Shown here: one piece after another, positions 28,891 to 36,760 of the stretch
How positions within the stretch are numbered: the stretch's first letter is position 1
How the letters are laid out: every line of letters begins with the position of its first letter
Assembly: GCA_965223385.1 (NCBI GenBank)
Contig: CBDCWR010000006.1
Coordinates: 27,369-91,368 of the forward strand
From: Candidatus Multivoraceae bacterium
Lineage (GTDB): Bacteria > Acidobacteriota > Thermoanaerobaculia > Multivoradales > Multivoraceae
Direction of reading: 5' to 3'
Length of the DNA stretch: 64,000 nt
Notes under the pieces: generated by a model
Databases searched by the model: none
Seen by the model: only the letters and a program-made list of their open reading frames with translations
Told to the model about the DNA's origin: nothing
Made by a program: the position numbers and the translations under genes

Positions 28891-30075
28891 ATGCCGATCG
28901 ATTTGGAGGAGCTCGTCGAGAGGTTGGAAGACCGTCTCCCGTGGATCAGTGACGCCGAGCCGCAAGAGCCGCACGGATTGGCCATCGAAGAAGGCGACTC
29001 GGAGGACGATGCCCCGGTCCTGGAGCGCGCGCGGCTGATCCGATGTGAATGCTGCACGGCGGTCCTCGGTCACCTCGCGCCGGGAGTCGAGGTTCCGGGT
29101 GTCCGCGTCCTCGTCCGTGTCGAGGTGCGCGACAACGAGTCAGGCGACGAGTCGTCAGGCCTCCGGCGAGCTCGGCTGCACGTGGCGAAGCCGAACAACG
29201 GCGGCGGGCTTCAGATTCTCGGCAACCTAACGGGCGACCAGCTCGTGTGGATTCCGAGCCGGGAGGAGTCCCGCCAGTCGAGATCCCGCAAGGTGTCGCA
29301 CGACTTCAGCGTTTGCATTCCGTGCTCCGCGATCAACAAGGAGCGTGAGTTCCTCCTCGTGCTGACACAGTGGGATCACGCGGGAAATGTCTCGACGCAG
29401 TTCATCCAACTACGGGTGCCTCGAGATCACTATGAGCGGTGCTGCGCGGGTGCACCCTACGAGCTCCCGCCGATGGGGAGAGAGCCAGAGGATCAGAGTG
29501 ACCGACCCCACGGCGAGCCAGAGGACTGCCCGTGCTTCGTTCGTGTCTACTACGTACCGGTCTCCACGTGGTGGCTCACTCTCGTGGCAGACTTCGAGCT
29601 CGAGAACCCCCACGACTACGACTGGTATCACTCGGCGCTCGAAGTGCAATACCGGGACGGGGACGGGGTCTGTCGCCGCTTCGTGTTGGAGATGCAGTCA
29701 CCCTCCTCGAGCTCCCCGACGGTGGGCCAGCTCACAACGCGCCCTGTGAAGGGGAGTGACGAAGAGGACAAGCTCGATCTCGACTATTCCCTCTGGAAGG
29801 TAGAAGACGGCAAGGTCGAAGACGAAGAGACCGCTCTCTGGACGATTCTCGTGTCGCGGGACTGCGCCAAAGCTCGGCGGATCGTCGAGCTCTTCGAGAA
29901 GGTACCCCTGGACCCCTACAACTCGTTCGACGAGGGTCGCGACCCGAAGCGATGGACCAGTAATTCCTTCGTGTACTGGCTGTTGAAGGAAGCGGGTGTG
30001 AATGCCCGGCGCATTCCAGGGCCTCCCGATGGAGGGCGCACGCCTGGCTGGCCACGCGGCCGTCGCGTCTCCTGA
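28891..30075 (+). CDS. Hypothetical protein, Cys-rich N-half and possible permuted papain-like C-terminal domain
   Basis: GGAGG RBS before ATG 28891; YHSALEV...WTSNSFVYWLL..AG...P.GGRTPGW; CECC, CIPC, CC and CPC motifs. Confidence 0.65.
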   Translation: MPIDLEELVERLEDRLPWISDAEPQEPHGLAIEEGDSEDDAPVLERARLIRCECCTAVLGHLAPGVEVPGVRVLVRVEVRDNESGDESSGLRRARLHVAKPNNGGGLQILGNLTGDQLVWIPSREESRQSRSRKVSHDFSVCIPCSAINKEREFLLVLTQWDHAGNVSTQFIQLRVPRDHYERCCAGAPYELPPMGREPEDQSDRPHGEPEDCPCFVRVYYVPVSTWWLTLVADFELENPHDYDWYHSALEVQYRDGDGVCRRFVLEMQSPSSSSPTVGQLTTRPVKGSDEEDKLDLDYSLWKVEDGKVEDEETALWTILVSRDCAKARRIVELFEKVPLDPYNSFDEGRDPKRWTSNSFVYWLLKEAGVNARRIPGPPDGGRTPGWPRGRRVS

Positions 30076-30206
30076 CGACGGAGAAGGCTGCGAACGCCTC
30101 ACATCACGCGAGGCCTTGGCCCGCTGCTAGCATGGTCGACCCCGGACCCAAGACGTAGCACTGCTCCGGCGGCGGCAGCCGCAAGAGTCCTGAGAGGAGT
30201 CGACGC

Positions 30207-31325
30207 ATGAAGACACGGATGCCTCGCAAAGCCTCGTTGTTCCTCCTTGCCGCTGCGGCGGCGCTCACCGTGGCCACGGCACCGCTGGTTGCCGGCATGA
30301 CGCTCGGCGACGGCCAGACCACCGGCAAGGTGCCGGTCCGGTCCGCCGGCCCGCTCGCCTTCAGCCCGGACGGTGTGCTGTTTCTGGGCGACTCGCTGTC
30401 GGGCGCGCTTTTTGCCGTCGACAGCTCGGGTGACGCCGGCTCGCCGGGCGCGATCGCGCTCGACGGGGTCGACGCCAAGGTTGCAGCGCTGCTTGGTAGC
30501 CCGAAGGGCGAGATCCGCATCGTCGATCTCGCCGTGCACCCGAAGAGCGGGCGCGCCTATCTTTCGGTCGCCCGCGGCAGTGGCCCGGAGGCCCAGGCGG
30601 CGGTCGTGACGGTCGATGCGTCGGGAAAGGTCGATCTCTTCTCGCTCGACCAGGTCACCTACTCGAAGCTCGAGCTGCCGAACCCTGTGGGTGAAGAGGC
30701 CAAAGACCGGCGCGGGCGTCCGCTGCGCATGCAGGCGATCACCGACATCGCCTACGCGGGGGGCAAGGTGCTGGTGGCCGGGCTCTCCAACGAGGAGTTC
30801 TCGTCGCGCATGCACACGCTCGACTTCCCCTTCAAGGCGGCGAAGGCTGGAGCGGGGATCGAGGTGTACCACGGCGCCCACGGCAAGTGGGAGACCCACG
30901 CGCCGGTGCGCACGTTGACCACCTACGACATCGGCGGCACGGCGCACGTGCTGGCGGCCTACACCTGCACGCCCCTCGTCACGTTCCCCGTCTCCGACCT
31001 CACCGACGGGGCGGAGGTGCGCGGCACGACGGTCGCCGAGCTCGGCAACCGCAACCGGCCGCTCGACATGATCGTGTACAGCGAAGGCGGGCAGGACTAC
31101 GCACTCATGGCCAACAGCAGCCGCGGCGTCATGAAGGTCGACTTGTCGTCCATCGAGCAGCAGGAAGGCATCACCAGCCGGATCGCCGACAAGGCGGGAC
31201 TCAAGTACGAGACGATTGCCGAGCTCGAGAACGTCACCCAGCTCGATCGGCTCGACGCGAGGCATTCGCTCCTGCTCATCGAGAGTGACAGCGGCGCGAA
31301 GCTGCAGACGGTGCCGCTGCCGTAG
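30207..31325 (+). CDS. Secreted conserved hypothetical protein, probable beta-propeller
   Basis: Signal peptide; GPLAFSPDGVLFLGD, DLAVHP, GLSNEEFSS, YHGAHGKWETHAP, AYTCTPLV; strong host codon bias. Confidence 0.8.
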   Translation: MKTRMPRKASLFLLAAAAALTVATAPLVAGMTLGDGQTTGKVPVRSAGPLAFSPDGVLFLGDSLSGALFAVDSSGDAGSPGAIALDGVDAKVAALLGSPKGEIRIVDLAVHPKSGRAYLSVARGSGPEAQAAVVTVDASGKVDLFSLDQVTYSKLELPNPVGEEAKDRRGRPLRMQAITDIAYAGGKVLVAGLSNEEFSSRMHTLDFPFKAAKAGAGIEVYHGAHGKWETHAPVRTLTTYDIGGTAHVLAAYTCTPLVTFPVSDLTDGAEVRGTTVAELGNRNRPLDMIVYSEGGQDYALMANSSRGVMKVDLSSIEQQEGITSRIADKAGLKYETIAELENVTQLDRLDARHSLLLIESDSGAKLQTVPLP

Positions 31326-31366
31326 GCGCCGAGGCGCGGCGCGTGGGTTCGCTTCGAGGTCCTCGG

Positions 31367-32557
31367 ATGTCGAACCACGTGCCGCATCCTCTTCGCTGTG
31401 CCTCGTTCGCAGGCGTGGCGCTCGCTCTCCTGACGGTGGGCTGCGCGGGCGAGCCGCAGGTCGCTTCGCTGCACTTCGACGAAGACCGTGGCGCGGTGTG
31501 GGCGGTGCTGCCCGAAGAGCTCGTGGACGAGCTGGGGGCGCTCCCTGTCGGTCGCGATGCGTCGCAGGCGCTTCGGGTCGAGGTGTTGGGTGAAGCCGAG
31601 GAGATGAGGGTCGACCGGGTCTTCGTGCACGGCACCGTGGCGCTCGAAGGAACCGCGCTGGCGTTCGAGCCCAGCTTCCCGTTCATGGCGGGAGTGCGCT
31701 ACCTCGCCTCGCTCGACGGCGACGTGCTCGCGGAGTGGTCGAGGTGCCCGGGTTCGTTCGCGAGCGCGACGCTGGAGTTTCGAATCGAGCCCGAGATGTC
31801 GACGAAGCCGGAGGTGATTGCCGTCTACCCCAGCGGGCCCGTCCTGCCCGAGAACCTCCTGCGCATGTACGTGCACTTCAGCGAGCCGATGCGCCAGGGT
31901 GTGGCGTGGGACCACCTGCGCCTCGAGGACGAGCGCGGGCAGGAGATCGAGCTGGGCCTGCTGGAGCTCGACCACGAGCTCTGGGACCCCTCGGGGACGC
32001 GTCTGACCCTGCTCTTCGACCCCGGGCGGATCAAGAGCGGGCTCGTTCCCAACCGCGAGGTGGGCCGGCCGCTCGAGGGGCAGCCGTCGTTCTCCCTGGT
32101 GCTCGACGCGGCCTGGCCGAGCGCTGCGGGTGAGACCCTCGGCGCCCAGCACCGCAGCACCTTCGAGGTGGGTCCGGCGGATCACGAGCAGCCGCGCCCC
32201 GAGGAGTGGGTCCTGCGGCTGCCCACGGTCGGGAGCCGCGAGCCGCTCGTGATCGCCCCGGGCCAAGTGCTCGATCGAGGGATGCTGGCGAGGTCTCTGC
32301 GCGTCGAGCTCGAACAGCAGGTCTTCGCAACCTCTCTCCGAGTGGGCCGGGGAGGTCCGGGAGAGCGCACCCTCGAGCTGTTCCCCGAAAGGCACTGGAT
32401 CGCGGGCAGCTACGAGCTGCGGGTCGACCCCCGCCTCGAGGACCCTTCCGGCAACAGCGTCCGGCGTCCGTTCGAGACGGACCTCGAGGAGGAGGAGAGC
32501 GCGACGTCGAGCAACGCGGAATGGAGGACGGTCCGCTTCGAGCTGGTGTCGTCGTAG
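31367..32557 (+). CDS. Conserved hypothetical lipoprotein with Ig-like (Big_5-like) domains
   Basis: Lipobox LTVGC; VYPS...LPENLLRMYVHFSEPM, ELWD...RLTLLFDPGRIKSGL, Y.L.VD..LEDPSGN. Confidence 0.75.
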   Translation: MSNHVPHPLRCASFAGVALALLTVGCAGEPQVASLHFDEDRGAVWAVLPEELVDELGALPVGRDASQALRVEVLGEAEEMRVDRVFVHGTVALEGTALAFEPSFPFMAGVRYLASLDGDVLAEWSRCPGSFASATLEFRIEPEMSTKPEVIAVYPSGPVLPENLLRMYVHFSEPMRQGVAWDHLRLEDERGQEIELGLLELDHELWDPSGTRLTLLFDPGRIKSGLVPNREVGRPLEGQPSFSLVLDAAWPSAAGETLGAQHRSTFEVGPADHEQPRPEEWVLRLPTVGSREPLVIAPGQVLDRGMLARSLRVELEQQVFATSLRVGRGGPGERTLELFPERHWIAGSYELRVDPRLEDPSGNSVRRPFETDLEEEESATSSNAEWRTVRFELVSS

Positions 32558-32578
32558 CGAAGCCGTGGTCCCGCCTGA

Positions 32579-33655
32579 TCAGGGCAGCTCGCAGGGCACT
32601 CCGAGATCGTCCATCGTCTTGCGGTACCACTCGATCACCTCGGGGTGGTACGGAATGCCCATCTCCCGGCGCTCGAGCTCGGCCTCGTGCTCGGGGATGC
32701 CGGGGTAGACCACGCGCTCCTCACCGGGTGCCGGCTTGCACTCGAGCAGCGCGCGGAGGTACTCGTCCTGGTCGGCCTTGAAGGTGGCCAGGTCGGAGAA
32801 GGTCTCGACACGGAAGGCCATGAACACGTGCGACACGCCGGCGCGACGGAAGGGTCCGCCACCGGTGCCCGCGAGCATGGTGGTGAGGGTCTCCACCATC
32901 ATGGAGAGCCCGTAGCCTTTGTGCGACCCGATCTCGCGTGTGCCGCCGAGCGGCAGCATCATGAACCCCTCGGGCACCTCCGCCTCTTCCATGATGGGGG
33001 CGCCGTCTGCGTCGCTGATCCAGCCCGGCAGCACCGTGCCGCCGATGCGTTTCAGCAGCGAGATCTTGTTGCCCGCGACCGAGCTCATCGACGCGTCGAA
33101 GATGAACGGCACCTCCTGGCTCGAAGGGACAGCGATGCCGAGCGGGTTGAGGCCCAGCATGCGCTCCGCGCCCTGGGTGGGGGCCACCAGCACGCCACCC
33201 GTAGTCATGGACATACCGATCATGTCGTGCTCGAGCGCCATGTGGGCGTAGTAGGCCGATGCGCCGTAGTGCCCGCCGTTGGATGCGTTGAGCACGGCGA
33301 CGCCGGTGGTCTTCGCGCGCTCGATCGTCTCCTCCATGAAGGCACGGCCCTGTGCGAGGCCGAGGCCCTGTTTGCAGTCGTAGCGCATCGCGGCGCCTTG
33401 GTCCTGGGTCTTCTCCGCGACCGCCTTCGGGTCAAGGTGACCCTCGCTGAAGAGCCAGACGTAGACCCGCATCATGTTCGACACGCCGTGGGAGTCGATG
33501 CCGCGGATGTCGGCGTAGAGCAGCACGTCGGCCGAGGCGGCCGCGTCGGTCTCGGACATACCGAGTGCCTGGAAGACGTCCTCCGTCGCACGGCGCATGT
33601 CGGCCTCCGGAACTCGCACGGCGATGTCGTCGGGTACCTTGAACTGTTCGAGCAT
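32579..33655 (-). CDS. Ldh_2 (malate/L-lactate/ureidoglycolate dehydrogenase type 2) family oxidoreductase
   Basis: ADIRGIDSHG, HYGA, GLNPLG, HKGYGL, VYPG. Start ATG 33655. Confidence 0.92.
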   Translation of the reverse strand: MLEQFKVPDDIAVRVPEADMRRATEDVFQALGMSETDAAASADVLLYADIRGIDSHGVSNMMRVYVWLFSEGHLDPKAVAEKTQDQGAAMRYDCKQGLGLAQGRAFMEETIERAKTTGVAVLNASNGGHYGASAYYAHMALEHDMIGMSMTTGGVLVAPTQGAERMLGLNPLGIAVPSSQEVPFIFDASMSSVAGNKISLLKRIGGTVLPGWISDADGAPIMEEAEVPEGFMMLPLGGTREIGSHKGYGLSMMVETLTTMLAGTGGGPFRRAGVSHVFMAFRVETFSDLATFKADQDEYLRALLECKPAPGEERVVYPGIPEHEAELERREMGIPYHPEVIEWYRKTMDDLGVPCELP

Positions 33656-33757
33656 GGAGGGGCTCCTGGCCGCGCGCACGCAGGCTCGCGAGGGTCAGCA
33701 GGTCTTTGTGGGGGAGAGTCGCGGCATTGTGTCGGTGGAGGGCAGGTGCAGGCTACT

Positions 33758-34435
33758 GTGAGCGGGCCAGAAGACGATGGGGAGGGGCCTCGATGGCGCG
33801 ACGGGTGTGGCGGTCGAAAGAGTGCGGAGAGTTGCAGGGGTGGCTGGCGACTCGGCCTCACCCTGCTGTGCGGCCTCGCATTTGGTGGCTGCAACGTCTA
33901 CTACGGCCTCTTTCAGGGGACGCCGCTTCCGCCCGAGATCGTGAACGCCGTCGAGCCCGACGAGCGGGTCCTCGGAATCTCCCACTGGGACATGTCCGAC
34001 CCGTTGAAGCCGTCGACGGAGATCCGGTGCGAGCTCGGTCGGCCCTTCATCACGACAGGCGCGAAGCTCCTGACAACCGCTCGACCTCTCGCGAACGTTC
34101 GACTGGTGGGTGTCCTCCTGATCTCCCAGTCGGGCTGGGTGATCTACACGAACGACCAGCGTCTGAGCCCGAGCGGACCCCCGGTCCGCAAGCAGCGCCT
34201 CGACCGCGCGCTGGCCGAGACCCTGGCGGAGGATGTGTTGGCCGAGCGTCCGCTGGCTGCGCTCGGCCACCTCCAGCGACGGAGTCGGAGCGAAGAGACG
34301 TACCTGAACCCCTGCTTCGACCAGCCCGACGGGCCCGCGCGCCTGAACGCCGAGGCGGAGGAGAGGCGAATGGTCGCGGAGTTCCTCCACCAGATGGAGC
34401 TTGCCTCTGCGGAGAACGATGGCGAGCGAAGGTAG
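33758..34435 (+). CDS. Hypothetical lipoprotein
   Basis: 3' part of the long ORF 32645-34435 that lies outside the Ldh gene; LGLTLLCGLAFGGC lipobox-like segment. Start uncertain. Confidence 0.55.
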   Translation: MSGPEDDGEGPRWRDGCGGRKSAESCRGGWRLGLTLLCGLAFGGCNVYYGLFQGTPLPPEIVNAVEPDERVLGISHWDMSDPLKPSTEIRCELGRPFITTGAKLLTTARPLANVRLVGVLLISQSGWVIYTNDQRLSPSGPPVRKQRLDRALAETLAEDVLAERPLAALGHLQRRSRSEETYLNPCFDQPDGPARLNAEAEERRMVAEFLHQMELASAENDGERR

Positions 34436-34637
34436 GGTCGTGGGCGATACGGTCCTCGAGTCGCTGACAGGGGTGTTCGTGTGAGCGCGCCACGGCGAAG
34501 CGATTCCGGACAGGTCGCTTGAATCGAGGCGGAAAGTAGTAGGGCTTCGACTTTCATTCGCACTAGGAAGTGCCGACGGAATCCGAAGCCACTTCTTCAA
34601 GAGCGACCTCGCGGGCTACGCGGCCTGGCTCGAGCGG

Positions 34638-35141
34638 ATGGAGAGCGAGTTCCCGGGTGACCTGGATCCGAGTCTGCCGGGCGCGCTCGCCCGACTTCGC
34701 GAGGGAGGGCCCGCAGTGCTCGAGGTGTCGACGGGGAGGGATGCGTGGGAGATCGATCGTCTCCTCGACGGGTTCTACGGCCTCTACTGTGACTTCGAGA
34801 GGCCCGATTTCCTTCGGTCCTTTGACGACCTGGTGAGACTCCACGAGTACGAGCGTGCCGGTCGCTACCTACCCGAGCCGTTCAGGGAGCTCTGGGCCTA
34901 CCTGCAAACCGGGAGAGCTGTCGGGCGCGACAGCCGTCGTTTCCCCTACGAATCAGAGGACGGCGAATACCGACTCGGCTACTGGACGGCCTCCGAGTGT
35001 GTCGAGCTCCTTGGAGCGATCGATCCGCCGCGGATGGGCTTCTGGACTGATCCCTCGTCCGAGGAATCTGTCGTCGCCGCTCGCGTGGCTCTCCGGTCCG
35101 CGATCGACGAGGGTCTCGGCCTCATCTTCGCCGCCGGCTGA
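34638..35141 (+). CDS. Hypothetical protein (possibly 5'-extended to ~34539)
   Basis: Globular-looking composition; the frame is open from 34485 and fills the gap between neighbouring genes. Confidence 0.55.
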   Translation: MESEFPGDLDPSLPGALARLREGGPAVLEVSTGRDAWEIDRLLDGFYGLYCDFERPDFLRSFDDLVRLHEYERAGRYLPEPFRELWAYLQTGRAVGRDSRRFPYESEDGEYRLGYWTASECVELLGAIDPPRMGFWTDPSSEESVVAARVALRSAIDEGLGLIFAAG

Positions 35142-35164
35142 GGAGCAGGTTCTCCCACCGCGAC

Positions 35165-36409
35165 CTACGGCCGCCCATGCCTCCGTGTCAGCGGGCTGTA
35201 GTAGTTCTTCCCCTCGATCCCGTTCTTGCGCATCGCGATGCCGGTCAGGCACTCCTGCACGAGGCGGTTGGCGTTGAGCGCGGTGGTGTAGCCAGGATCG
35301 ACGAGCGGGTTGAGCTCCACGAGCTCGAAGCCGACGAGGTTGTTCTCCGCGCACAGGCGACGGATCAGCGGGAACATCTCGCGCGGGTAGAGGCCGCCGG
35401 GCTCGGGGGTTCCGGTGCCTGGCGTGAACGCCGGGTCGAGCACGTCGATGTCGAGCGACACGTAGAGGTACTCGGGGCCATCGCTCGCCTCGGCGAGCAC
35501 CTTCTTCATGACCTTGTCCCAGCCGTCGGCTTCGATCTCGGCCATGGTGTGGTAGCGGAAGCCCTGCTCGCGCATCCAGCGGAAGCCGTCCTCTCCGGGC
35601 CAGTAGCCGCGCAGCCCCACCTGGATGTAGTTCTTGCCGAGCACGTGCCCCTCTTCGATCAGTCGCCGGATGGGCCGGCCGTGGGAGATGAGGTGCCCGT
35701 CGCTGCTCGCCCCGGCGTCGTAGTGGGCGTCGAAGTGGATGACGCCGACGTTCTCCTTGCCGTACACGTCGGCGATGCCGGCCACGTTCGGGTACTCGAT
35801 GGAGTGATCGCCTCCCACCACGAACGGAATCGCCGTCGTATCAGCGATCTCGCGCACCATGCGGCGGATTCCGGGCATGCTGTTCTCGAGGCTGAGGAAG
35901 TCGACGGGCGCGTCGCCGTAGTCGACCACCCGGAGGTCCTTCCGCCAGTCGACCATCACGTGCATGTGGGGCTCGCTGAAGTTGCCCCAGCCGCTGTAGA
36001 TGTCGGAGCCGCGGAAGTTCTTCGGCCCGAAGGCGGCGCCGCGCATGCCGGAGCCCATGTCGACCGGTGCGCCCATGATCGCAACGTCGACGGAGCCGGC
36101 GATCAGGTCTTCCTGGGTGAACGCCACCGGCAGGTGGAAGAAGGTTGGGATGCCGGTCCAGCCCAGGCCACCCTGGAGGCGCTGGATGTCGATCGGACCG
36201 GGCTCGCGCGTCGCCTCGCTCCCGAAGTCGCGCATGCGTCCCCAGGGGTCGCGGAGCCGCCGCTCGCCGTCGCCCGCCGGGTCGACCACGCCGGTGCGGG
36301 GTTCGGGAGGAAGAACTGGCTGAGGCCCGGTGACCTGTGGCTCACACGCGAGCACTCCAACCGCCAAGGCGGAAACCAAGTGGTTCCGCGAAGGCTTCTG
36401 CCTACTCAT
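35165..36409 (-). CDS. Agmatinase/ureohydrolase family protein with lipoprotein leader
   Basis: GGDHS, DAHYD, SHG, SLDIDVLDP...PGTGTPEPGG, ELNP; N-terminal ALAVGVLAC. Confidence 0.92.
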   Translation of the reverse strand: MSRQKPSRNHLVSALAVGVLACEPQVTGPQPVLPPEPRTGVVDPAGDGERRLRDPWGRMRDFGSEATREPGPIDIQRLQGGLGWTGIPTFFHLPVAFTQEDLIAGSVDVAIMGAPVDMGSGMRGAAFGPKNFRGSDIYSGWGNFSEPHMHVMVDWRKDLRVVDYGDAPVDFLSLENSMPGIRRMVREIADTTAIPFVVGGDHSIEYPNVAGIADVYGKENVGVIHFDAHYDAGASSDGHLISHGRPIRRLIEEGHVLGKNYIQVGLRGYWPGEDGFRWMREQGFRYHTMAEIEADGWDKVMKKVLAEASDGPEYLYVSLDIDVLDPAFTPGTGTPEPGGLYPREMFPLIRRLCAENNLVGFELVELNPLVDPGYTTALNANRLVQECLTGIAMRKNGIEGKNYYSPLTRRHGRP

Positions 36410-36760
36410 GACGATCCCTCCTTGAGTAACGGAAGCACTCAGTGTGTCAGGCGGCGCCTCAGTCCAGAACTCGGTTGCGCCATAGTAGCCGTGGTTGTTC
36501 GAGGCGCTTGGTGCAGCTGTTAGCAGGACCAGACCGTCTCGCTCTGCCTAGCTCTACAGGGTTCAAGTTGGCACCAGCCGGACCCAGGCATGGAGTGGCG
36601 GAGAAGGGAGAGAACCGAGGGCGCAGAGATACGTCGTTCTGTCCGTCCATTGGAAGTAGGCAGGTCCGCCTCGCGGGCAAGGACTTCAACGAGCTCGCAA
36701 GAAACGCCCACTCCTCACTAGTGAGGTAGCGACATTCATGACCCCTACCGTGAGAGGCTG

